Shown piece by piece: positions 1 through 11,299 of a DNA stretch of 64,000 nt. The notes under the pieces were generated by a model that was given only the letters and a program-made list of their open reading frames with translations, was not told the origin of the DNA and searched no databases. The stretch comes from Perna viridis (lineage: Eukaryota). Made by a program: the position numbers and the translations under genes. The DNA lies in assembly GCA_037379345.1 (NCBI GenBank), contig CM074511.1, forward strand, positions 10,416,001-10,480,000, read 5' to 3'. Numbering within the stretch: position 1 is the stretch's first letter; each line of letters begins with the position of its first letter.

Positions 1-960
1 CTAATATGGGTAACGCAAAACTTTTTATTTAATTCGTTGTTTTGGAATCCTAATACAAGTGCGGCGGATTGTTTTTGCAGTTGGTATGGTGATAATAACT
101 GGGTGGTACCACCAGTGTCTTTAGGTAGTCGTTGTATTAACCAGTTTGTTGGAAATAAAGCATCAGGGACTCTGATTGTTCCAAAGCAGCCATCCTCAGA
201 GTGTTGGCCTTTGTTGTTTACAGTATAGCCCTTATGTACAAGGTGTAGAATTTCATGAAGTGGATAGGATTTTAGTTCTAGGATCGAATTTTAATTCTAT
301 TTTTGCTAATGGTAGCTTTAAAGGTAACATGCTTGCAGTATGCCTTGGTCGCCATTTTGCTATTAGACCTTGTTTGTATATATATATAGTCACTGGACTT
401 CTTAGCTTTGTGGTCACTGGACCCTGTCATTATTGTATACAGGTATGTTTAAAATAACGATTCACTTGAGGATGTTCATTAAAGTATATTTACATTTTTG
501 TTGGCTATTTATGGTTCTGAATTTTGGAATCGTCAGGATGAACTTTTGCATCTAGAGCTCCGTTTACTATTTAAAATTTGTGATGTCAGCAGTTTGAATC
601 TGGTTTTACAAGATTTTGGAAATGGTCTAACAATTATTCAGAGATAACTTGTGTATTGCCATGTGATGAAATAAATTCACAAAAACTAGTTCAATCAGTC
701 AGTCACTTCAGAGCAATAGATTCTGTTTATTACAAATTAAGTGGGCGCATTCACTTGCCGCTGTAAACCTCCATGCGAATCTGAAGTAATTACGTCCATG
801 GTTAAAACCTCTAGAAGGACATTAGGTCAACTAGTTAAGAAAAAAGATTCGGTTACGCCGGAAATGATGAAAAAAACTATCTGTTCATTGGGTGAAACAT
901 GGTATGAAAAAAATCCACCCTATAGAAAGTTTAATTTGACTATTTGCACCGTTAGAATCG
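1..960 (+). mobile_element. Decayed DIRS-order retrotransposon fragment (post-RNase H methyltransferase-like region and start of tyrosine recombinase ORF)
   Basis: ORF 37-228 reads FWNPNTSAADCF..W.GDNNWVVPPVSL...GTLIVPK.PSS..WPLL, typical of the DIRS pol C-terminus. ORF 741-998 reads PCESEVITSMVKTSRRTLG..VKKKDSVTPEMM, typical of the DIRS YR N-terminal region. Stops and frameshifts are present and the element is truncated at the window edge. Confidence 0.75.
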
Positions 961-1467
961 GGAAAAAAGACAATATGTTCCATGTCATGGTGCATTGAGT
1001 CATGGTTTCATTGAAATGCACCGAAAATGAACATTTCGAGGGCAGACAACTCAGTCAAAAATCTCATTTTTCTAACATTCTATTGAAAACATTTCTGATC
1101 AAAGCCAGTGATGCAGAGATCAAATAATGGTCTTTTCAAATAAAGAAAGTATCTTTGAGTGATATAACATTGTCAGATCGGTGGGGTTTAATATGCATGT
1201 TTCTGATTTTTCCCATTTTGCCAGATTCTTACAAACACTAACTCTAATGCAGATGGTCGTAATCTTTAAAATTTGAAACTTTTAGTCATTGTACCATTCA
1301 GTATCTAACTGAGTGTATCCTTATCAATTTGCCTTGTCCTTTGGGTACGAATATTTGAACGTGCTCAAATATGCGTAAATGTATAAATTGAAGGAACGAT
1401 TAGCACATAAATAGTTCGTGTTCGTTTGAACAAAGTGAATTTAGAACACAAAATACTTTTGTCTTAC

Positions 1468-1555
1468 CTATGACGTTTTGTACAGTACAGACACAATGCT
1501 GTGATGATAGAGATGGTTAGCAGCAAACCAAGTCCAATCAACAGCCAAAACCAAA
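1468..1555 (-). CDS. Transmembrane exon of the Sushi/CCP-domain membrane protein gene (candidate constant exon)
   Basis: Minus strand reads attttctttcag|TT TGG TTT TGG CTG...CGT CAT AG|gtaaga. The exon is 88 nt, phase 1 in and phase 2 out. It translates to (V)WFWLLIGLGLLLTISIITALCLYCTKRH(R): a hydrophobic helix, juxtamembrane Cys and a basic stop-transfer motif. It is absent from the ORF track. Downstream exons were not identified and may lie left of the window. Confidence 0.8.
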
Positions 1556-3324
1556 CTGAAAGAAAATACTTTAGAATGAAGCTAAACAATTAGTCAACTG
1601 ACATGCGACATGGGATAATTGTACAAGTAAATTCTTTCAAATCTGAATGTAATAATCAGAAAAAAAACCAAATTGATATATATTTTTGCGTTATTTGTTG
1701 TTTGTTTGTTTGTTTGTTTGTTGTCTTTTATCTTTAATTTGTCCCCTCTTTTAAAACAGGACATGCAATGATGCATTTTCTCATGAGAGTAGGCTAACAG
1801 TAATTGGTCTTATTTATGCAAACATGAATATGCGTAACACTGTTTCTCCTCCATATAATCTAATGTAACAACTCTGCCCCTTGTGAGTCCTTGGTTATGA
1901 AAATAAATTATTTGCGTTGTATTTGAATAGAATTTGGACTAAATTTTTCTCATTTCTAAGAGTAAGTTCCACTTTTTTCTTTCAGTGAAATCTTATATTG
2001 TTTTTTTTTTTCATTTCTAATGGGTTTCATATACTCTATTTGTTTACTTAATTTCCATTCTTAATTTGTATCTGTTTTTTGTGTTTGTTTGGTTTGTGTT
2101 GTACATTGCGTATGTTATCGGTTATATAAGTAACTGTGAAGATATGAGAACGATTGCGCAACATTTTGTTTAAATATCTATTTTTTAAACAAAGTACTAA
2201 TGCCGATTTTGTTACAGGGCAAATACATTACATCATATTCGGCATTTTGGGTATCATAAACTGTAGATACCAGTCAATTTGCGCATATCAACGAATAAAC
2301 TATAATCATTTGCCGAAATATTAAAGAGTCTTTAAACATTCAGTAACCATTCAATGATGGATGGAGGAAATCAAATAAGGTATTTTCAAATAACAGATAT
2401 ATTTCATCAGTGTTTGAATAATGATCAATTTTTACTGATCTTGAACTTTAATGTAAAAGACCCATTCTATATATTCACTCAAGTTGTAACAAAAAAGGGA
2501 TATCGGAATTGAAGGCTAAAAGAACAATAACAGTTGAAAAATTTTCCCGATCATAAAAATATCTGAAATACTTCTACGACATAAGTATCATTTAAATATT
2601 CTTTGCAGTAATCGAGTTTCTGTTCCTTTGGCCCCATGTCTTCGATCTTTCGCCTATTGACTCCAGATGTTGACATTGATATAATTGAAGAACTTCTCCG
2701 GAAAAGAAGTGAATGTGAAATTCATCTATAGAAGACTTACAGATGACAGGGTATAATGTACCCCAAAAAATTGTACAAAATTAAACCAAACATGATAAGA
2801 GAAAAAAAGGGTTCACCTAGAAATTTAATTTCTTTCGGCAAGACTTTGTGAACTTTCTTATTCAAAAACTTTCCACAGATAGTCTTCGACTTTTTTTTTA
2901 CATGTTTTAAAATGATATCATCTATGATGTTAAGATTGAGGCTGTATATAGAGATCCTCCTATGTATGGCTAGCCAGCGAAATCCGGATGAATGCAATAC
3001 GTTGTGATAAAAATACAATCACTCATTAGGTAACGGACTACCAAGAGGGAAAACGCAAATCCCTAGAATGGATGTTGGGTGTTGAACAAAAGATATTGCT
3101 ACATAAACCAGAAACCCTAAAAATACAGTGAACTGCTGAGAAATAAATCATGATATGTTTTGGAAAGTGGGAGGAATGTGCCGCGGTAGCTCCAAACTTA
3201 ACATGTATATAAATACTAAGATGTAGAACATATTATATTAAAGGCAGCACAAATAGCCAAAAAAAAAGAGAAAGATTATGGTGTCGACATACTAGACATT
3301 CTATGAAGGTAAATAGAAAGGATC

Positions 3325-3836
3325 AGGTAAAAACCTAGCTTCAAAGTAGAGATACACTGGTCTATGTTGGGGTGACTAACATTAGATAAAAATGTAGCTT
3401 CAAAGTAGAGATACAGTGGTCTATGTCGGGGTGACTAACATTAGGTAAAAACCTAGCTTAAAAGTGGAGATACAGTGGTCGGGGGTGACTAACATCAGGT
3501 AAAAACCTAGCTTCAAAGTAGAGATACACTGGTCTATGTCGTGGTGACTAACATTAGGTAAAAACCTAGCTTCAAAGTGGAGATACTGTGGTTGGGGATG
3601 ACTAACATCAGATAAAAACCTAGCTGCAAAGTGGAGATACAGTGGTCGGGGGTGACTAACATCAGGTAAAAACCTAGCTTCAAAGTAGAGATACACTGGT
3701 CTATGTCGTGGTGACTAACATTAGGTAAAAACCTAGCTTCAAAGTGGAGATACTGTGGTTGGGGATGACTAACATCAGATAAAAACCTAGCTGCAAAGTG
3801 GAGATACAGTGGTCTTTGTCGGAAGTGACTAACATC
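3325..3836. repeat. Minisatellite of 9 units of 54/59 bp with a 167-bp higher-order duplication
   Basis: Unit is AGGTAAAAACCTAGCTTCAAAGTRGAGATACASTGGTC(TATGT)..GGTGACTAACAT. Unit starts: 3325, 3384, 3443, 3497, 3556, 3610, 3664, 3723, 3777. Confidence 0.95.
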
Positions 3837-4449
3837 ATTTCTACAGAAATTCCACAAAGACTCATAAAAATAAGATCCTATTCAAAGTATACGAAATTGA
3901 CAGTAATACAAAATTATGCTAAAGAAAATGAAATGAGTTCTACCAACAGCTGCAAGGTATTGTATCATCCTCCAGTAACAGTTTTAAGAATGCAGTATTA
4001 GTAGTACATTGATCAGTTCATTATAGACAACCGACGAAAAAAACTTAAATCTAACTAAAATCCTAACTGGTGATAAAAATATACAACACACAGGTGCTAA
4101 AAGCAAAGAACTTCAAGTTAAAAAGAACGATATTCTAAATAGAGGGTGGCTTAGGATCAAGAAGATGTTACAATAATTATTCCTTAAGTCGATACTGTTG
4201 CTGGAAATTGAAAATTTGACAAAAAAAACTATTGAGAGTGATATACTTTGAAGTGACATTTTCATACTTGGAAGTAATTGCTGGTAGACTGACAGATCAT
4301 TCGCATTCTATAAATAATAAGGAAGTAAGTGAAATAAAAAGTGTGGTCTTGAAAAAACAGGGAATGACAAATAGGGTTTGTAAATTGCCTCGTTTGCTTT
4401 TATTACAAAACTGATAAAAGCTGATAAAAAGTTAATTAACAATACTGAC

Positions 4450-4654
4450 CGTCATGAATAAATTCCAGGGAACATTTAGGACTTCCAATCCAGTTTGTAC
4501 TGTTACATAGAATTGTAGGACTACCGATTTGGGAGTATCCATCATGACATACTACTCCTAATTTATCGTTTTGTTTGTATGAATTCGATTGACCTGTAAA
4601 GTATCCGTTTTCTATTCCCCCTGGAGGGGAACATCCTGACGCTGATGTAGACAT
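4450..4654 (-). CDS. Sushi/CCP domain exon, type B copy 1
   Basis: MSTSASGCSPPGGIENGYF...VVCHDGYSQIGSPTILCNSTNWIGSPKCSLEFIHD fits the CCP consensus C-x-P..NG..C..GY...G....C....W....C. ATG at 4654, donor GAC G|gtcagt (phase 1). Confidence 0.8.
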
Positions 4655-7362
4655 ACGAATTATTCATTCGTACCACACATGATAAACCCCAAATGATATT
4701 TCGGGTATCGCAAAGAAAGAAACTAGAGTACCGAATTAATGGTCAAGTTGACTTTTTAAAGAGCACTATAGTGGTACTCCAAACAGGCACCAAATAATTG
4801 ACAGTTACAGAATAGTGTAGAGTTTGACAATTAAACTCCATATTTACATAGGAAAGAACGTTGGCAGTAACATTGTCACGTTGTTTTCTTAATCTTATTC
4901 CTAATTGAAAAGATGCCGATAATTTCCATGGAACAAAAGTGTATATATTTAGTTTGAATAGTAAAGGTACTTTTCAGATGTACTTAATGACTTTAACAAG
5001 TTATTTTGCAGTTAATAATAACACTGAAGTTTAGGGAAATTTGAAATTTCATATAGACAACATATAATGTAGAAATAAGAAATAATTGGGAAAGTAGTCA
5101 TCACAATTCAGTAAACCTATTTCTTTCGTAAGCATTTGCTTAATTTGCAATGTCTTTGTTATGAGTTTTTTTTTTCATCTATTCAGTAAATTAATATATT
5201 ACAATATTAACGCGGGCGTTATATTTTGCTCTAACAAAATGTTAATGTTTTCAGTAATCACTAGAATGCAAGTACCACAAAAGTTGAAGCCAATCATGCG
5301 TATACGATTTTGTTAGGGAAATATGCAATACATGTTACAAAAGGTAATTTGATCTTTTTATCTTCATTATGAATGACTATAGAAGTGTAGTGAAAGGTAT
5401 CCACGGTAAAAAAAACTAAATAGTAATATTTTTATTGTTCTTCTGAGAGCGGGAGGTAAATGCATTTCTATTGGGATATATTTTAATCCAATATTTTCAC
5501 CGGGAATACTGATATCAAGTTCGGATAATAGTATTATGTCCACTTTGCCAGTGTTTCATTTTTTTTTTTTTATAGTTGACCATCTTTTTTAGACTATAAC
5601 TTTATTTAATCCGACTAATCCTTCAGTTATCGAAATCTTCATTCTCTTAACTCTATAGTAAAGAATTGATCGTATGACCATTCAATACTGACACCAACAA
5701 CTTTATTATTCATATTTAAATAATTATTACGCACTATGTATTAGAGACTTCAAACATAATCGTATGAAGCGCGAAAAACAAAAATCTTTAATAAAAATAT
5801 GACGTTTTTATTGAACCTTCTTTAAATATAAAGTATAAACGTACTCTTCCCAAATCAAAGAACCAATTAAGAAATACTATTTCTTGTTGAATATAAATGT
5901 ATCTAATCAAAGCTTACTCTGTCACCAAAAGGAAATTACAAGTAACAATCAATTTATCGTTAATTTTTGTTTGCTAAAGGAATGTAACTTTCAATCAATC
6001 TCCCAATTTGTTTACTTACTCCCCACCTATATATGGCCTCCTGTATTGTGAAACGTTTCATACAAATGTTCTTATCAATTCTGCATTAGTGAGGTTAGAT
6101 TTAATACTTATCGTTATATGTACAATTTCTTTTCCTAAATCTGTTTTTCCGACTTGTACCTCAGTGGGACTTTTTAACATCATTTATTCAGTCTCCCGTG
6201 TGATACTTAAATTTATTTGCACGGGTTGTCATTTAAATTGTTATCTAAAATCTGAAATATAGGAGTGGCATTAGATGCACCTTTGTTCCAAATTTGATGA
6301 TTGTAACATGAAGTGCTTTGTACCAGCTTCTGGTCTATTATGGTCCATGATTGTGGGAATCGAAACAGTACTATGTACTACGTATTCCCCATTACTTTTT
6401 ATGATTGATTTGAACGAAATATTGGGAATAAACAAAAAACGAATTTCATTAAATCTTACAATTACTAGTAATCAATCAAACCGAGCTGCAAGTGTCAGTG
6501 TGTATGGAATGGCGGAAATAAAAAATGATAAAACTTCTATATCTATGTATTGCAAAACCATTTGGTGAAATGAAGAAGATTTTTAACAACATTCCTGTTA
6601 TATTGAATACATTAATACAACCCATGAAAACGGATGCAACTGTGATATAATAAGAACTAATGTCAGCTTTCCTACTGGGAAATTCCTAATTATCGAAGAC
6701 ATTGTATTAATCACATTGTCCTGTTCGGAAACCTCAATTATAGTCTTGAAAGTCTAAATACTAAATATTAAATAAATGTGGCCGGATTCAATGCACTAGT
6801 CGGTAATAAATACAGTTACTTACGAACAAAACTGAATGATGAAATGGGGGTATTTACGATATGTACCCTTTTAAGAGTTGACACGTTTGTTCCTTTCCGG
6901 GCTTGTGTTAACATGTTCCATAGAACCCAGTGTTCCCTGGCTGATCCGAAGAACGCATTTTAACTAATGTTTTGTCAATGAGCACGCAAAACTGAATTAC
7001 TTGTATCCAACTTTATTTTCTAGTATTTGTCGAACTATCAAGGTTTATAAGTAGATTTTCCCTATCTGAATGTCATAAACTTAGAAAAACGTGATCATCT
7101 TTAAGAAAAAAGACTATTTTTTTTTATGTATATTTCTGTCGCTAATATGAAAAACTTCCATTTTTATGAAGATAAACAGTACCTCTCCGTTAAATTTTTC
7201 GGAAATGACATTATTTCGAAATACTATAAAACTTAAAATCAAAATTAATGATGAGCTTAGTTCGTAACAAACCATTGTAATCATATACTAACTATTATAC
7301 TAATGACACATATTTGTTCTATTGTTGCGGATGTACGGAAGAAAAATGATATTTTATCTTAC

Positions 7363-7552
7363 CATCATCTTTGATATTAAGGGTACATGATGGTAGAACA
7401 CTCCAATGTGTCCCATTACATGTAATAACAGGACTACCTTCCAAACTATATCCTTTGTGACATATATAACCGACAGCTTCATGAATTCCATGTCTGCTTT
7501 TAGTTGATGTTATGTACCCATTAGTGATTGCTGATGGTTGACTGCAAACCAT
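7363..7552 (-). CDS. Sushi/CCP domain exon, type A copy 1
   Basis: MVCSQPSAITNGYITSTKSRHGIHEAVGYICHKGYSLEGSPVITCNGTHWSVLPSCTLNIKDD, with 4 Cys and the Trp intact. ATG at 7552, donor GAT G|gtaaga (phase 1), 190 nt. Confidence 0.82.
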
Positions 7553-9899
7553 GACAATGTATATTACTATAACACAATGTTGATTTATTTTATGACCATA
7601 GGCTATGGGCACAAGTAGCCCCTTCGGTTCTTCGCCGACCTTCGAATACACACATATATATATATCATTCATTTCAATTATTTTGTGAGAAATGGGACAT
7701 TTGTACTGTGTTGCCTAATTTGCATTTTTTTATCGCTTACAGTGTCATTTTAAACGGGATGAATAAACATCATTTAGTGCAGCGTGCTGGGGCAGAAAGA
7801 AAGTCAAAGATGAATGAAAATATCTAAAATGAAGAAACCAATTATTTCGATATTTACTTTTATAGTTGTTTACAATACAGATCACTGCATGTTTTCTAAA
7901 CTGAAATTTATATATTCTGAACAAGTTCACACCTAAAGATTGTGTCAGACGTGATGCAAAATACTTGAACCTGATTTACATATAAATTCACAAATAATTT
8001 ACACCTTAAGAACGGGACTTAAATATCAAAACAGGGATCATTGGCACACTAGAAACCTAAAAGTACAATACTTTGAAATGAAAATCAATGATAACATAAT
8101 GTTAAAACTTAAAAAGGACAAGGAAGAAGAGAATCAAAGAACTCATGTACTGTATCAGATAACATTTTTTTTTTAGAAATTTGTATGTTTTGTACTTCAT
8201 TTGTTTAACAAAACGTATAAGTAAGATATTAGTAGGGTACATATAAAACCCCAAATACAATATTGAAAATTCTAAAATAGCTTACGTAAATCTTTACTAA
8301 AACTTTTAATATATCTTTCATGCACTTACTCTCAACACGAATGGGATGCGGATAAGAAATGTTTTGTATATGCAAATGAGAAGATGAATATTTGTTTATT
8401 CGTGGTTACTGATTGAGTTGAGTTGTTTAGCATAATTGCGACATAACGATAATAAATCAAGTGGAAAAGACTTAAATGTCCTAAGCATTTCAATAAAAGA
8501 TTGATCCTAGTCAGTATAATTATAACAATCATTGATATCTGTAAGATATATGATTCACAGAATCATATGACTTATTTACACGTCAAGTTTGGTGATTCAT
8601 ATATACCTTCGATATACTAAATAAAAAACTGCGAAAGGATATACATTTGTATTTCATTCTGTTTAGTCATAAAACAGAGACTTTAGCAGGAAACAGAGCC
8701 ATCGTACAATATAGACAAATGTAACCCAAACAAAAATTCACATCAACCTAAAGATAATAGAACATCATGAACTTCCGGGAAAGTTAGAAGCATCAGTAGA
8801 ATAAATGTAATCTGCTCTGGAATGTCTGTTAAAATGTCATGCCCCATTGTATGTAGAACAAGAAAACTGTGGCAAATGTCTGTTGACAACAAATGAACCG
8901 TATCCGTCGAAATGGTAACATGTCAATTATCAGTCAGCAAGTCTGATGACAAGGAACTGAATTAATCTATCAAAATGATGACACACCATACCAGTCAGCA
9001 ATACTGGCGTTAACGATTGAAATTGATCCTTCACGATACGCTAAACAGGCTAGCAAATCTGCTGACGGCATTGAATCAACTTGGCGACATACCGATAGAC
9101 AAGTCTGTTGAATGCTTTTAGCTCTTTAAGCGACATTTTTAAGGGGTCCTGTAATGAGGATAACGGTTTACATTCATCAATTTTAAAATAATATTGATCA
9201 TGCGTTTTCTGTTTGAATTTATAATCACTATAAAATACCATTTGGTTTACTTTATATGAAGTTACACCAGCTTATCTATATCGATAGTTTTACCATCAGA
9301 GAGTTATTATATACTGTCATTATAGATAATTGATGCATTATGTAATAAAACCTAGTATTTTGACTGAATTAATTAAGTAAAGAAACATATATATTTATTA
9401 TAAGTTTAATAAACAGAAAATGTATGTTCGTATCTGTGCAACGCTAATAAAAGATACGTAGTTTTACTGAAGATAATAAATTTGGCCTTTTCGTCGGAGC
9501 ATTAAATTGTAATAATCTAACTTTTTTGTCTCATTTTACTGATTGTGAATATGTCTTCTCCCTCATCAAGTTGTTTTGTGCCGTTTGAATACCCTATCCA
9601 TATGCATACAACAGTTTTTTTTTTTTGCATAGATAATTGAACTCGCACCAACTTATTGCTTTTCAAGTTTTACATAAGCATTTTCAGAAAGTCTGAAAAC
9701 ATGTAACTTCATGTACATGTAATCCAATTCTATACAGTTTTTTATTCAGATTTGTGAGACTTTAAAAACAACTTCAAACAAAAGATTAAAAAAATAATAA
9801 TAATAATTGTACCTTACATAATAAAGGATTAATTCATTTGGATGAAATATAATAACGTGACATGTATTAATTTGGATATTTTTTTAATCGCAAGAAAGC

Positions 9900-10105
9900 T
9901 TGAATAACCCCGAAAATTCATGCTATCAATGAATAATCCTATTATTCACCGGTGAATAACCCATCAAAAATACAAGAGCAGGTGAATAACCCATTTAAAA
10001 CCATGCATTTTTGCCAGTCCTTTGTTTGTTCGGTATAATAAAACAATTACGGCCCTCTTATTCGGTGAATATCCGAAATTGTCAACCCGAACTAAGGTTA
10101 TTTCC
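9900..10105. mobile_element. Short non-autonomous element with GGTGAATAA/TTATTCACC motifs (possibly Crypton-type MITE), partial
   Basis: Repeated ggtgaataaccc motifs, the palindrome ttattcaccggtgaataa and ttgtcaacccga. It interrupts the B2 exon. Confidence 0.45.
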
Positions 10106-10172
10106 CTGAGGGACCTGATTGTCCTGTAATATATCCATTTTCTATTCCCCATGCATCGGGACATTTACCCTT
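10100..10172 (-). pseudogene. Broken type B Sushi exon (copy 2), truncated by an insertion
   Basis: Minus strand reads KGKCPDAWGIENGYITGQSGPSGK*, matching the start of the B copies (GGIENGYFTEQSGPYGK). Homology then stops at an unrelated repeat. Its upstream flank (10200-10980) aligns to 4690-5410 and 23760-24110. Confidence 0.8.
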
Positions 10173-11299
10173 ACAGGCGTAATTAATGGATCGAGATAAA
10201 ATGATACGAGAACCATAAAAAGTACCAAAAACATTTCTTTTATGATGTTAGGCCTCATTTTTACAACACTTTAGAGGAATAAATCTGGTACTGATACTTT
10301 TTCATTCGGTGCTGAAGAATATAGTGTAACGTTTGACAACAATCGATATTTACATAAGGAACGTTGTCAGTAACATTGTCACGTTCGTTTCTTAATCTCA
10401 TTTCTAATTGAATTGATGCCGATGATTCCCATGGAACAAAAGTGTATAAGTTTAGTTTGGTTATTAGGGGTACTTTTGTGGACACTAAATGAATATGCTT
10501 TACAATTCCGCTATGAATTTTTACCCATATTTCATGGACGATCGGATAACATATTTCCTCATTTCATTATACTAATAAGAAAGAAAATACTGTAAAGTGC
10601 TCAACTTTTATTCTTTCTTAAGGCATGTTGACAGGTCACGAAATTAATTAAAAAGTACAAATAAAAAATAACGAAGAATAAGATCTATGTCTGCATGCAG
10701 TAAATGTCATACACTGTTAAAACTCATTATGGGACTTGTCTGTGAGCTTTTTATCTAACAAGCAATTTCAAAGATTACAGTATCAACACATGTAGTTTAT
10801 TTTTGCTTAACAATATGTTAATTTTTCAGTAATCCATACGACGCATGCAGCAGAAAAGCGGAAGCAAATCCCGCGTACATAATTTTGTTAGGGATATATA
10901 CAATTAATAATACAAAAGAACCTTTAATTTTCTATATACTTATAAAAGAAGTAAAAGGTAATCACGGTTAAACCTGGATAGCTTCTATCTCCAACATAAT
11001 CTACTGACTGTCTAAATGACCATAGACGGTCACATGGTAGCTTATAACTTATGAGTGACCGACCCAGATGATTCAAATAAATGGAGACAATTACAGTATA
11101 CAATAACTGACAGAAACATGTGAAAAGCAGAAAAGGATATTACTTTTAATATTAAAAACATTCCTATCCCTTGCTTGTTGATTCGTTTTTTTTTTCTCTT
11201 CTTTTTAACGTATGTTATATTTAGCATAATCCGTCTTGGAAGCTATCCCATGCTCGGACTTCAATTACAAACTTCTGATCAATTTAAGCCTTATTTGTT

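Noticed and set aside
1030-1080. Candidate next exon after the TM exon (RMLENEIFD*)
   Set aside because: The phase fits, but it lies in repeat-like sequence and has no independent support.
3325-3836. CRISPR-like regular repeat and the repetitive ORFs over it
   Set aside because: There are no unique spacers or cas genes and the context is eukaryotic. The ORFs are by-products of the minisatellite.
6008-6740. Hydrophobic open stretches between the B1 and A1 exons
   Set aside because: There is no recognisable domain, stops occur in all frames, and the frame is not kept in the paralogous unit.
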